Source: an uncultured Nitrososphaerota archaeon
GTDB lineage: Archaea > Thermoproteota > Nitrososphaeria > Nitrososphaerales > CADDZS01
NCBI GenBank assembly: GCA_963799845.1
Contig: CAWCYI010000006.1
Span: 960,001-1,024,000, forward strand
Length of the DNA stretch: 64,000 nucleotides
Direction of reading: 5' to 3'
Made by a program: the position numbers and the translations under genes. Position 1 is the stretch's first letter; the number at the start of each line of letters is the position of its first letter. Under the pieces are notes generated by a model. The model was given only the letters and a program-made list of their open reading frames with translations, was not told where the DNA came from and searched no databases. Positions 42,306-52,982 of this stretch are shown one piece after another.

Positions 42306-44354
42306 CTATACCTCGATCACAAGATTCCTGAATCTGTCATTGGTCAACACATTCCCCTCCCGGAGAATAGTCGTCGCGGTCTGCTCCTCGATTATGGCGG
42401 GCCCATTGATCTTGGCGCCGACCCGAAGTGCGTCTCTTTCATAGATTGGGACTCTCTTGAATCCGCTCTCGTCGAAGTAAACACGCCTGAATGTCTTCGG
42501 AATGATCTTCTTTCCCTTGGCTACGATCCTTTCCGGTTTCAGGGGCGCCTTCTTCACGCGCCCGAATGCGGTTAGTCTCAAGTTAACGACCTCCATCGGA
42601 TCTTTCAACGAAAAGTCGTACTGCTTTTCGTGCAGCTGATTGAAGCGTTTTTGTACCGGCCCTATGTTTCCCGACGTTGAGATCTCGGGAGCTGGAGTTG
42701 CGACCGTATGTTCCTGGCCCGAATACCTGATATCCAGAACTGGTTCGAATCGCATGTCGGCTTCAGTCACGTCTTCCGATTCCAACTGCTCGATGGCGCT
42801 CGACTTCATCCGGTCGAGTGTGGCTCGAATTTCGTTCAGGGTCTCCATCTCGAATTTCATAACCTTCGTTTGTATGTAGTCATGACGAATATCCGTCATC
42901 AACATTCCCCAAGCCGAGAAGACTCCTGGCACCCTACCAATGACCACTTTTCTCAAATTCAGTTCTTCGGCGATTGAGGTGGAGAACATCGGACCTCCTC
43001 CACCGAAGGCTATGAGAGTAAAGTCGCGCGGATCGTAACCTCGTCTCACCGAGACAAGTTTGATTGAGTTAACCATGTTTGCAGTCGCAATCTCAATCGC
43101 GCCAATGGCGACCTCAAGAGGAGTCATGTGCAGTTTCTCTGCAACTTTTCTATAGGCCCTCTCCGAGAGCTCGGGTTTCAGTTTGATCTCACCCCCCAGA
43201 AAGTAGTTCGGGTCGATCACCCCCGTCAGGACGAAGGCGTCCGTAAGCGTCGGCTCCTGGCCACCCTTATCCTGACAAGCTGGTCCGGGATCTGCTCCAG
43301 CGCTGATTGGTCCAACTTTCAAAGAACCCAGCTCGTCCACCCAAGCTATGCTTCCGCCTCCCGCACCAATCTCCACAATATCGACGACCGGAACTTTTAC
43401 CGGGTAACCACCGAAGAACTGGCTCCTTTCTATGAAGTACTCGCTGCTTATTTTGAATCTACCGGAATCTATTAGAGCAGTCTTCGCGGTCGTGCCGCCC
43501 ACGTCCAGAGTGATTATGTTGTTCGTTCCGACTTCCTTTCCGACAACCTGCGCGCCTATAACGCCGCCTATCGGACCAGATTCTACTTGGTAGATGGGTG
43601 TCTTTCTTCCTTCTTCGAATGTTGCAACGCCCCCGTTGCTCTGCATAACGTGGAGAGAAATCTTGGCACCCATTTCTCTAAGCTCGCTTTCGAGCGCCGT
43701 CAGGTAAGCGTGGACTTTGGGCTGGACGTACGCATTGAGTACAGCGGTGTTAAACCGCTCGTACTCTCTCCATTCCTTGGTCAGAGCATGCGATACGGTG
43801 ATGTGGGGCGTATTCACCTTTTCCTTAAGAATCTTGTAGGCTTCAAGCTCGTGCTTGGGGTTCGCGTATGAATTGTAAAATGCTATCGCGACTGCTTCGA
43901 TGTTTTCCTTTTCGCAAAGTTCAGCGGCTCTATGGACATCCTCTTCCAACAACGGCCTGAGTTCCTCGCCCGAATACCCGATCCTTTCATCCACCTCGAG
44001 TCTGAACCGCCTTGGGACGAACGGTTTCGGCTTTCTGTAAAGAAAATTGTAAAGATCGGTTCTGTTCGACCTTTGGATCTCCAAAACGTCCCTGAATCCC
44101 TTAGTTGTCAGTAGTAGAGTCTTCGCTCCCTTCCTTTCGGTTAGAGCATTAATCACCATCGTTGAGCCAGTGCCGATGAATCGATCCAATTTCTTTCCTG
44201 GAATCTTACTTTTTCGGATTACATTGATCACGCCTTCAGCATAGTTTGAAGGTGTTGTGGAATCTTTTACAAACGTGTACAGTCCAGTCCGCTCGTCAAC
44301 GGCACAAAAATCTGTAAACGTGCCTCCGACATCGATTGAAGCTCGAATCGGCAT
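42306..44354 (-). CDS. Hydantoinase/oxoprolinase A subunit
   Basis: DVGGTFTD, EYERFNTAVLNAY, ESGP, DVGGTT, IGAGGGSIAW, GPISAGADPGPAC, AFGGGG. Confidence 0.94.
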   Translation of the reverse strand: MPIRASIDVGGTFTDFCAVDERTGLYTFVKDSTTPSNYAEGVINVIRKSKIPGKKLDRFIGTGSTMVINALTERKGAKTLLLTTKGFRDVLEIQRSNRTDLYNFLYRKPKPFVPRRFRLEVDERIGYSGEELRPLLEEDVHRAAELCEKENIEAVAIAFYNSYANPKHELEAYKILKEKVNTPHITVSHALTKEWREYERFNTAVLNAYVQPKVHAYLTALESELREMGAKISLHVMQSNGGVATFEEGRKTPIYQVESGPIGGVIGAQVVGKEVGTNNIITLDVGGTTAKTALIDSGRFKISSEYFIERSQFFGGYPVKVPVVDIVEIGAGGGSIAWVDELGSLKVGPISAGADPGPACQDKGGQEPTLTDAFVLTGVIDPNYFLGGEIKLKPELSERAYRKVAEKLHMTPLEVAIGAIEIATANMVNSIKLVSVRRGYDPRDFTLIAFGGGGPMFSTSIAEELNLRKVVIGRVPGVFSAWGMLMTDIRHDYIQTKVMKFEMETLNEIRATLDRMKSSAIEQLESEDVTEADMRFEPVLDIRYSGQEHTVATPAPEISTSGNIGPVQKRFNQLHEKQYDFSLKDPMEVVNLRLTAFGRVKKAPLKPERIVAKGKKIIPKTFRRVYFDESGFKRVPIYERDALRVGAKINGPAIIEEQTATTILREGNVLTNDRFRNLVIEV

Positions 44355-44408
44355 GATTAACGATACTTGGCTACGAGTTATTTAAGATCTGTTTTGTCAT
44401 TGGAAATC

Positions 44409-44540
44409 TTACGGTTCAGTTGTGCCAGACTCTCTATGGGCCTTTGTTACAGCCTTACGCACTGCGGCCGTGGCGTACTTGTGCTCTGGAAATCTTTCAT
44501 CGAGCCAGTAGATCCAATAGTTTGAATCTACATACATCAT
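44409..44540 (-). pseudogene. Truncated VapC/PIN toxin
   Basis: ATGA overlap with the antitoxin stop. Translates MMYVDSNYWIYWLDERFPEHKYA (PIN N-terminal DSN motif) but stops after 43 aa. Confidence 0.7.
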
Positions 44541-44797
44541 TTAGTCCAGATATCCTTCAACTTTAGCGGATCGGATAGCTGAACTGGAGTTCCATTTTTC
44601 AAGACCCCCTCCATCTTCTGAATAAACTCATCAGGCTGAACATTCTTTGTCAAAACAATTGTTCGATTCTTCACTGTTACCTTGAGTTTTGATCCAGACC
44701 TAATCCCAGATCTCCGTCTGACGACTTCCGGTAAAAGTACCCTGTGTTTGGAATCGACCTTCGCTGTTTCTCCCAAGATTCCCACTTTCGTTCCCAC
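44537..44797 (-). CDS. AbrB/MazE-family antitoxin
   Basis: AKVDSKHRVLLPEVVRRRSGIRSGSKL.V swapped-hairpin motif. Confidence 0.82.
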   Translation of the reverse strand: MGTKVGILGETAKVDSKHRVLLPEVVRRRSGIRSGSKLKVTVKNRTIVLTKNVQPDEFIQKMEGVLKNGTPVQLSDPLKLKDIWTK

Positions 44798-44849
44798 CTC
44801 GTCTGAAATAACCCTCCTCTTACTTAAAATGTCCAGTTTCTCTTCTCCT

Positions 44850-45203
44850 TTACATCCATCGGAAGAAGTAGCCCCTGCGACGCAACTCGGAGTCTAGTTC
44901 TTCCAATCTTGCCCTGACAACCTTTGCAATCTCAAGTAAATTTTCATCGGACCAATTCCTCAATTCTGCAGGTTTCAATATTTGATTGCAAATCCGGTCG
45001 GACATCGCTCTTTTGTCCAAGAACTCGTCTATTTTCCTTGTATCAGCTGATCCAGCCCTCCTTCCAACAAACTCAGACAGGGCTGTACGAAAAATTTTAG
45101 TGATATCCGTCCTCTCCTCCTTAGCTATATTTAGGGCAGCGTCCAAAACAGGTTTGTCTTCGAGCCGCATGTTGACAGGTATGGTCCAGTGTTCCCTGAC
45201 CAC
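44850..45203 (-). CDS. Ribbon-helix-helix (CopG-like) DNA-binding protein
   Basis: IPVNMRL..KPVLDAALNIAKEERTDITKIFRTALSEFV. Confidence 0.65.
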   Translation of the reverse strand: MVREHWTIPVNMRLEDKPVLDAALNIAKEERTDITKIFRTALSEFVGRRAGSADTRKIDEFLDKRAMSDRICNQILKPAELRNWSDENLLEIAKVVRARLEELDSELRRRGYFFRWM

Positions 45204-45265
45204 TATGTTCTACACCAGAGATTATGCACTGCGAGCAGCACTGCAAAAGTTCTAATCATTTTACG

Positions 45266-45742
45266 TCAACTCTCCCTCTCCTCGATTAGAACGGCTTCGC
45301 GATTTGTGTAGCGAGGTCTCCAAAGTTCTCTCTCCTTGAGTGCTCGCTCAATCCCCTTGATGGTTATTCGCCAGACTCCGATCGGCGCACCCTCGCCGGC
45401 AGGAAAGATTTCACCCTTGATTGTGAGATTTTTTCTACCGAACTTGATGACGCTGTTCGTAATTTCTTTTCTTGACAAGGGATACCTCGCATCGAGGTCA
45501 TCCTCGCTGAGCTGAAACCATTTCGCACCTCTCACTTCTTGAAGGACGATCTTTGTTGGCACTCCCGCTTCTGGCGCCCTCGACAACACGCACAAGATGG
45601 GAATTTCGGTGCTAGCGCAGGCGGACGCGCACGCTCTTATCCGCGTGATTACTTTAATTGATTTGTTTTGCACTCGTTTCGGCGAATTTTGATTCTCGTT
45701 TCCTTGGATCCACTTTCTTTCAACTGACTGGAGTTCCTTCAT
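45266..45742 (-). CDS. Mrr N-terminal-like winged-helix protein (true start probably ~45640)
   Basis: EIPILCVL...LSEDDLDARY...IKFGRKNL..KG....GVWRITIKG. The ORF N-terminus runs into a non-coding repeat. Confidence 0.6.
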   Translation of the reverse strand: MKELQSVERKWIQGNENQNSPKRVQNKSIKVITRIRACASACASTEIPILCVLSRAPEAGVPTKIVLQEVRGAKWFQLSEDDLDARYPLSRKEITNSVIKFGRKNLTIKGEIFPAGEGAPIGVWRITIKGIERALKERELWRPRYTNREAVLIEERES

Positions 45743-45789
45743 GCCGGAACGGCGTCAGAACTGAGGGGTTTCAAAAAACTTGTCGTCTG
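45675..45789. repeat. ~115-bp dispersed repeat A, copy 1
   Basis: Similar to 56204-56324. Core GCGTCAGAAC.GAGGGGTTTCAAAAAAC.TGTCGTCTG. Confidence 0.8.
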
Positions 45790-46063
45790 CTAGTGCAGAC
45801 GACCCCAGTCTGGCTTGTATCTTGCGGTAATATACAGCTACAGCATTAAGACATTTGAGGGAATACTAGGGCGGTTAATGATGCCTCGCCCTAACTCTCA
45901 GCTGTCGCCCTCCCTCCCTTTCTTGCTACTTCTATCCGCTTTTTTTTGACATTGCTGCGAAACCCGTCTTCAGTTTCCTCTTCCCAGTACGTACACTCGT
46001 ATTTTTACCCTTCATGTCGATTTATCATGATAATCCGAGACTTCCCATATTTTTATCATGTTC

Positions 46064-46239
46064 GGTTATAGCGAAAAGTCAAGCCAGGACTAATGCCTGA
46101 GACTCAGCCTTCATTTCCGCATGTAGCATTTCATCGAAGTTCAACTCAGTTGATTCGCAGGCTCTCTTTTAGAAATCGAATTAAAGAAAAAAATCTCTTC
46201 GAAGAGGATAAGAAAAATTACAGGTAGAGTGCAAAAACC
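46064..46239. repeat. 176-bp dispersed repeat B (MITE-like), copy 1
   Basis: Near-identical to 57767-57942. Ends GGTTATAGC / GCAAAAACC form an imperfect inverted repeat. Confidence 0.88.
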
Positions 46240-46306
46240 CTTTACATACCTAGGCCGTTTCTGACAGCCTACTAGAGGCCGCTCCCGAGCCAGAACTACG
46301 CCGAAT

Positions 46307-48913
46307 TCAACTTTCCGAATTTGGTTTTGACCTTGACAAAGCCAGAATCAAAGGCGACCCGCTCACCAAAGCCAACTCATATGAAATTACCGCCGCAGCA
46401 GAGGGAGTTGAGGTAATTGACAGTGGAAGGCCGAATAATCCTGACGATATTTTATTGTCAGAAGTCCCAGTAGGCGTAGCAGGAATCTGAGTACGATCGC
46501 TAAACGAAGATTGCGATACAGTCACGCTTACTACACCTGTTCTGGAAGATGAACCGCTGGTGATGGTCGCTGAATTTGTAGCCAAAGCTTGGTCCGAACT
46601 GTTGCTGACTGATATGGAAGTAACCGGAGCAGACGATGTTGATTCGAAAGATGAAGTCGAAATGACGCTCTGTGACGAGCTATCAGTTTGTGTTGATGAA
46701 GTAAAGGAGGTCTCTGTATTTGCACTCAAGGTCGATGTTGCACTTTTACTGGCTGATAAAGTCTCAGTGCTCACTCCACTGGTTTTGACAGTTGACGAGC
46801 TCGAACTCACACTTGTCGAAGTTGCCGAATCTGTCGTAATGGTTGAAGTTGCCGAATCTGTCGTACTTGTCGAAGTTGCCGAAGCTGTCGTAATGGTTGA
46901 AGTTGCCGAATCTGTCGTAATGGTTGAGGAGGTCTTTGTTGTTGAGGTCGAAGGCAATGTGGAGGTGGAACTGGTCGTGCTAGTTCGAGTCGAAGTCGAC
47001 GACTTGGATGTCGAATCTGTCGTAATGGTTGAGGAGGTCTTTGTTGTTGAGGTCGAAGGCAATGTGGAGGTGGAACTGGTCGTGCTAGTTCGAGTCGAAT
47101 CTGTCGTAATGGTTGAGGAGCTCTTTGTTGTTGAGGTCGAAGGCAATGTGGAGGTGGAACTGGTCGTGCTAGTTCGAGTCGAAGTCGACGACTTTGTCGT
47201 GGTTAATCCCATCGACTGCAAGTACAAGTTGACAAACTGATCCCCTCTCACAGCGACGTAGTTCGGCCCCAGCTGATTCATCACTTGCTGAATAAATGGA
47301 AAGCCAGGGTTTTGCGCATTCATGACGAGGTAGACAAAGTGGCTATTCTGAGCGACACTCTGAACTTTGGAAACTGTGGAACTGACACTGCTTGATCCGC
47401 CGGTGGATGGAACTGAATAGCTCTCATACATCACCGGGACTCCATCTACCATCTGCGGCGATCTTCCTACTGCTTGCCAGTTGAAGATTGCAGTCGCTCC
47501 AGAACCTTGAACGTAATTAGTTATGTCCGTCGAAGTAAAGTTGAACCTGTCTCCGAAAATTACGAACCGAATGTTCTCCTGTGCATTGGTGTCGAGCTGC
47601 CCCACCATTCCGAGCAATCCATTTTCGTTGGGGAGCATGTCAGGATGTACGTACGGTCCGCCGCTGGGGCCCGTCACAAAATCGGTCAGGGGCGACGCGG
47701 TCGAATACCATTCGTTCATTATTGGTGGGGCTAATTCCGCAAGCATCGGATTGAACTGCCAGTCTGTTGCGACCTCGTCGCGGTAAGGCTGATTCGTCGC
47801 AGGATCAATTGTATTCCACGTATCCCAATTCGTGTACATCAAATATTGCGCGACCGCATCTCCCTGAGTGAATTGCCACATCACATACGTCTTGGACGAA
47901 CTGTAAGTTACGGGGGCAGCAGTCGTTTGTTGCAAATTCATTGCATTAGGGAAACCGCTGTAAAATGAGAGGTCTGCGGCATCGTCAGAAACCGTCATCA
48001 TCATCTCTCTCTGAGAAAGGTTGGAGATCGTGTTTCCCTCGCCGCCCAAACCAAAGAAACCCATTACGGGAGTCATGGGAGGATAGTTTGACAAAATCGA
48101 ATCCGCAACGGACATGTCCGATTGATTTACGCCTTCGGTGTCGGCGAACGAAAATATGAATGCCTTCGATTCAACTGCGTAGTCAGTGAGCCCCGTCCTG
48201 GCAGAAGGAGAAATCACGAGCAAATTCTTGGTAACCATGCTTCCCACCTGGTTCCACGCCCACTGGTACGCAACCGCACTATTCGTGAACATCCCTTCTA
48301 GATTATACAGAGTATCGATCTTCGACCCAAAGATGCTCTGTATCGTGGAAAGCGCGTCAGAAGGAACCGGAAGTGCGGAATAGACTCCCGCTAGCGTTCT
48401 GGCGATATTGACCTGAGTCGGAAAGATAGGATCATTGGAATCGTAAAGGACTATCTTTACATTCCCGTTGCTATCCTCCACGTAACTCGCGAATTGTTGA
48501 AGAATTTGGGTGGTGGACTCATTTTGATAGGACAGTCCGTAATATTTCGCGGTATACTGAAGCCATGATTGATCGTCAGAAGTTGTGATTGCGAATATCT
48601 TCGGCTGCGTCCGAGCCACAATTCCCTCAAGTGCGATAAGAGTGTACGAAAGAGGCCCCTGGGCATTGACAACGTCTATGGAAGTCGCCGGAAGTGGGCT
48701 TTTCATTATCGGGTAGGAGAGCGAATTAGTCGATGCCTGCGTCTCCGTTGTAGTTGATTCCGAGATATAGGCATGTGAAAAAAACGGACCAGCAAAAGAG
48801 GAAGATAATACAATCATGATTCCGAAAATGCCTGCAATCGTTCCGAAAACTGCCTTGTTGGACGAGAGACCTCTCTTGGAAGATAGAACTCGAATGAGAC
48901 CGTTTCTTCTCAA
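46307..48913 (-). CDS. GxGYxYP-family putative glycoside hydrolase with Ser/Thr stalk and C-terminal anchor
   Basis: LEGIVARTQPKIF, ARTLAGV, LTDYAV, QFTQGDA, LAELAP, GPSGGPYVHPD. Signal/TM at the N-terminus. Confidence 0.78.
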   Translation of the reverse strand: MRRNGLIRVLSSKRGLSSNKAVFGTIAGIFGIMIVLSSSFAGPFFSHAYISESTTTETQASTNSLSYPIMKSPLPATSIDVVNAQGPLSYTLIALEGIVARTQPKIFAITTSDDQSWLQYTAKYYGLSYQNESTTQILQQFASYVEDSNGNVKIVLYDSNDPIFPTQVNIARTLAGVYSALPVPSDALSTIQSIFGSKIDTLYNLEGMFTNSAVAYQWAWNQVGSMVTKNLLVISPSARTGLTDYAVESKAFIFSFADTEGVNQSDMSVADSILSNYPPMTPVMGFFGLGGEGNTISNLSQREMMMTVSDDAADLSFYSGFPNAMNLQQTTAAPVTYSSSKTYVMWQFTQGDAVAQYLMYTNWDTWNTIDPATNQPYRDEVATDWQFNPMLAELAPPIMNEWYSTASPLTDFVTGPSGGPYVHPDMLPNENGLLGMVGQLDTNAQENIRFVIFGDRFNFTSTDITNYVQGSGATAIFNWQAVGRSPQMVDGVPVMYESYSVPSTGGSSSVSSTVSKVQSVAQNSHFVYLVMNAQNPGFPFIQQVMNQLGPNYVAVRGDQFVNLYLQSMGLTTTKSSTSTRTSTTSSTSTLPSTSTTKSSSTITTDSTRTSTTSSTSTLPSTSTTKTSSTITTDSTSKSSTSTRTSTTSSTSTLPSTSTTKTSSTITTDSATSTITTASATSTSTTDSATSTITTDSATSTSVSSSSSTVKTSGVSTETLSASKSATSTLSANTETSFTSSTQTDSSSQSVISTSSFESTSSAPVTSISVSNSSDQALATNSATITSGSSSRTGVVSVTVSQSSFSDRTQIPATPTGTSDNKISSGLFGLPLSITSTPSAAAVISYELALVSGSPLILALSRSKPNSES
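46830..47200. repeat. Intragenic tandem repeats encoding the Ser/Thr stalk
   Basis: Three ~85-bp copies (STRTSTTSSTSTLPSTSTTK.SSTITTD) plus 27-bp SATSTITTD units. Confidence 0.9.
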
Positions 48914-49746
48914 AATTTTATTATCCCTTGACTGATTAGCGGTGGAGAATATGCTTCTTGCGAAGCGATAGCATCGATCAACGAGATGGATTCATATGCT
49001 GCATCGGGATTTGATGTACGTCACGTGACCTGCATTCTTGCAAATCTTCAGAATTTTCAGAACAAAGGAATCCCGTTTTAAAGTCCCATGATTTTGGAAA
49101 TTTTTCTCAGATCGAAACTACTGAACGTCTTTTCGCAAATCGAGATGGTGATTAATGATGCCAATGAATTCAAATTCACGAACCTGATCATTTTATTTCG
49201 CAAAATTGAATATGTTTAATTCACGTACGTTCGAATGCACTTGATTTGTCGATCACTCTGAGAAAAAGGGATCTGAATTCTTTAGGCCGAAACAGATCTG
49301 CCTAACAATTCGGCCTTGATGTTCCCAGAGCACGTGTTACTCAAACCTTCCTGACCGATTTTCTTACAGTCGAATTACCTCATTCTCGTTGGGCGATTCA
49401 CCGATTAACATTAAAGCAATAGCTATTAGAGCAATTTTTCAATGCCCAGCCTAGGCGAAGAATGGTTGGTCTCTTCTGGAACGGATTTCTACAATGCCTC
49501 AAAGAGAACAAGAACCTGAATCAGAACCAAGGCGTTTCTTCATCAGCCGATATGATTTACCAGACAGAATCAACTAGCTGATGAGGCTTAAGATCATTCT
49601 GGCATAGCGGATTGGTCCCATCTTCTTCATGAGTTGGTAGTATTCCTGCGAAGGTTTGGTTCGCTGTTCCTGTATGAACTAATCTCTAATCAAGCAAGCT
49701 AGGAAACGTTATTACCACCATGTAACCTGAGGAACCGAGTTTCGTT

Positions 49747-50854
49747 ATGAAACAGAAACGCGCCATTGGCACTATCATTGTCGTCGTGATTATCGTAATT
49801 ATCGTTCTCGTTGCATCCGTGGGGGCTATCTTATTTCTAGGATCAAAGCCATCCACGATCACATCTTCTACGGCGGTCACCTCTTCTACTTCCAGTTCGA
49901 GTTCAAGCTCGTCGTCCTCATCTCTTTCTAGTTCGAGTTCAACTTCAAGTTCACTAGCTTCCTCTTCCTCCTCTTCCTCCTCTTCCTCCTCTTCGTCCTC
50001 CTCGCTGGCTAGTTCGAGTTCAAGCTCAAGCTCATTCAGCTTCGTCCACATCAACCTCTACATCCACAGTCGCACCCTCATCGTCGACCACACTCTCCTC
50101 AAACACGACGACCTCCGTTTCCGTGACAGTAAACGCCACGACCGCTCTCGGATTCGACAGCAATTCGAGTCTCCCCCAGTATCAGACGACCGCATTTTGG
50201 GCGAACGACACTGAAATGATATCCTGGGAGAACATTACGAACATCCAGCCCCAGGGCGGACCCATTAGTTGGGAGTGGTTCTCTCCGCAGGGAGTCAGCT
50301 TCGCGAACGCTTCGGCAACCATACCCTCCTCTTCTGGAGGGTACCTTTGGCAGGTCGTTTACGGGACTCTTTACATTAGAAATCATCCAGCCTCGTCCAT
50401 GCCTGGGACCTGGCAGGTTATCGTGGACTATAATGGAGCAAAAATAGCGACTCAAAATTTCACAATCCAGTCCACTCAACTACCCCCACCTTTGACCATT
50501 GGGAACGTCTCTCTAGCGATGGGTGTCAACACGACCACTAACGCCCCGATAAATGCAACCACATCTTTTTCCAATACTAGTCCGGCGGTCTACAGCTGGT
50601 TGAATTTTACCAATGTGCCCAGACCGTCGCATAATGTGACTTGGACTTTTCTCATGCCCAACGGAAGCCTATACGAGAATCAAGTCACGTACATGACCAC
50701 CGATCCTGGAGCCAACGGTCAATGGTCGTGGGATACCGCATATGCGTACGCCTCCATAAACGGATACCCCGCGGCGAGCGTGACGGGTACGTGGAAAATT
50801 GACGTCTACATCGACGGGCGGCCCTCCCTCGTTCAGAATTTCACCATCAGCTAA
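49747..50854 (+). CDS. Membrane-anchored surface protein: poly-Ser linker plus two Ig-like domains (frameshift near 50040)
   Basis: TM then a Ser tract (ORF 49747). Duplicated domain W...P.G......W......G.W...Y.(N/D)G....QNFTI in ORF 50123..50854. Confidence 0.75.
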
Positions 50855-50988
50855 TTCCAAAGGCGGCTCCTAGGGAACCCCGTATGCTCGTGGATTTCGA
50901 AGTGCCGAGTGATGTCCCTCCGCTGACTGCTTTAGGCGCCCAGGCATCCCATCCAACAATGGTTATTTAGTAAAAAAAAGTAGGCGGG

Positions 50989-51016
50989 AAGCTGCGCAAA
51001 AAATTTCGCGCAGCTT
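50989..51016. terminator. Hairpin AAGCTGCGC-N10-GCGCAGCTT
   Basis: 9-bp perfect stem downstream of the 50854 stop and next to the IS3 end. Function unverified. Confidence 0.3.
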
Positions 51017-51018
51017 TA

Positions 51019-51340
51019 TGGAAGTGGTCCCCCCAAAAGGAGAACGTTTTTTCGCTCTGAAGGTTCATGCTTTTTCCTCCCTCATCTCCCAGTAAGATAA
51101 GAATTCGTACGGCGTTTTGTATCCGAGTGATGAGTGCGGTCTGTCTTCATTGTAATCTTTGAATGCCTCGGCGATCGCGATTTCTGCTTCCTAGTAGTTT
51201 TTGAAATCCTGCGACCACAGATACTCCTTCTTCAGTGTCTTGTGAAAAGATTCGATGTGTCCATTCTGTTCCGGCGTGTTGTAGTAGATGAATTCAAGTT
51301 TGACACCGAGAGCTCTCATCGACTCCCTGAACGCGCTGCT
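51019..51340 (-). mobile_element. IS3-family remnant (integrase C-terminus plus right end)
   Basis: Minus strand TPEQNGHIESFHKTLKKEYLW..Y*EAE..YNEDRPHSSLGYKTP with an internal stop. Ends GGGGGGACCACTTCCA (CA terminus at 51019). Confidence 0.85.
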
Positions 51341-51665
51341 TCGATCGCCTTCGCGCATTGAAGTATTGATTCGTTCATTATTCGGAGAATTACGCGATCC
51401 TCGAGCCTGAGAGCCTTTTCAAAATACGGCCAGGATTCCAGCTCTTCTTTCAGTTTGGAGCCTTCAGGGAGATCGTACATCTAAGAGATAGATAGCACAT
51501 CTTCGAGTAATAAATGGCATAAAGGCAGTTTTCCCCGGGGTCTTTCAGCTGTGAAAAATGGTATCTGATTCGAAATTCTTCGTTGATGGTGCCCCGGGAT
51601 CCAACTTGATCGTTGTCTTCTAGACCGCTCTCGCCATTGGGACTGATCGAAATTTTCATTTACAT

Positions 51666-52424
51666 TTAGGTTGTTATCTGGAAACTTGATCCTGAATCAG
51701 TCAATGGACTAATAGAAGTTCCAGCAGCTTCCAAAGTAACTAACGCATATCCTTTCTTGCTGGCAGTAGTCCCGAAAGTTGAGTGAACGCGCCATGGTCC
51801 AGCGACAGCAGAGTTTCCGACTTTGGTATATTGAGCACCGAGACTTATCACTGGATTCTTGAAAGCGGTTAGAGTATGCCCATCTGAACTTAGAATCAAT
51901 GCAGCTGAGTTATCAACTGGTTTGAATCCTGACGGCGAATGAGCATTCGTATCGGTCATCTGTCCAGTAGTCTTGTCCTCAATATTCGTATTCCAATTAA
52001 CCGGAGTGTCTCCGATTGGTCGCCATGTTCCCTGAGCTTCGATGATGTCACCCGGTTTTATGATCATTCCAGAGACATCTCCATGACCATAGAAAGATGT
52101 CATTGGATAGATGTTGACAAATGCTCCATAGGAAGCTACTCCATTAGTACAATCCTGATACGTTCCGATTTCCATAGCATCACCTTCTCCATTTATCCCA
52201 TCGATGATTGTCGAGATATTCGATACTGAGTTTGGAGTCGCAGCACAATTTGCTGTCGGGACTATCCAAGATCCTTCAGCTCTAAGAGTCGAGAATGGTC
52301 CAGTCACTTCATATCCAGAATAAAGACTAGTTACTTGAGTTTTCGCAGCTACTAATGGGAATGCTGTTGCACTAAACAATAGCAGCATTGCCATCGTCAG
52401 TAAGACTTTAGGAATGCTTTCCAT
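51666..52424 (-). CDS. Secreted peptidase G1 (A4, eqolisin)-fold protein
   Basis: YSGY, GSWIVP, IDG, EIGT..D, YGAF, IKPGD.I, plus a signal peptide. Confidence 0.72.
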   Translation of the reverse strand: MESIPKVLLTMAMLLLFSATAFPLVAAKTQVTSLYSGYEVTGPFSTLRAEGSWIVPTANCAATPNSVSNISTIIDGINGEGDAMEIGTYQDCTNGVASYGAFVNIYPMTSFYGHGDVSGMIIKPGDIIEAQGTWRPIGDTPVNWNTNIEDKTTGQMTDTNAHSPSGFKPVDNSAALILSSDGHTLTAFKNPVISLGAQYTKVGNSAVAGPWRVHSTFGTTASKKGYALVTLEAAGTSISPLTDSGSSFQITT

Positions 52425-52796
52425 GTAGGTTTTGTCGAGTTGAATCTTAATAAATAGACTCGACTAGTTATTTCTTTGTTTAGTATGGATAATCCTCTAG
52501 CACCTGCAAACAATTCTCCATTATCGGTTAATTTTCTACTTTTTCTATCGGCCCTTAGTTGTCCTGTTGGTCTGGCCAACATCGTTTTGTTTGGATATTG
52601 ATAAGATCTAAAGCATCTAATACACTTTGGATCCGGCCAGCTCATTTCTTTCCGTTGCCTTTCTCTATCCAGTCCCGGATAGCTTCCTCGATTGCGATCT
52701 GGAGCCGCGATCGGCAGCCCAGGCAGCGATTAGCCAAAGCTTTCTTTCGCAATCAGTATTAAGCTGACAAAGCGATCGATGAAAAAAGTAGAACTC

Positions 52797-52982
52797 TTAA
52801 TGGAGAAAGTTGTTTGCTACATCCAATTCGTATTTCCGGTGACAAGAAAGACATTCGTAATTGCGATATCTTGGATGTTTTACTCCATTGATATCTTTGT
52901 AGTATCCTTTCGATATTGTTGGTCGTCCTCTCAATTTCATTCTAGTGTGACAATTCGGGCAACTTTGATACGATCTAGTCAT
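52797..52982 (-). CDS. Small zinc-ribbon protein
   Basis: CPNC...YECLSC in 61 aa from ATG 52982. Confidence 0.5.
   Translation of the reverse strand: MTRSYQSCPNCHTRMKLRGRPTISKGYYKDINGVKHPRYRNYECLSCHRKYELDVANNFLH

Noticed and set aside
46064-46080. Integron attC or dif site at GGTTATAGCGAA
   Set aside because: It does not fit GTTRRRY or an 11-6-11 palindrome, and there is no integrase nearby.
46560-47240. Val/Glu-rich ORFs (also 22839..23159 and 49686..50054)
   Set aside because: Antisense shadows of Ser/Thr-coding repeats.
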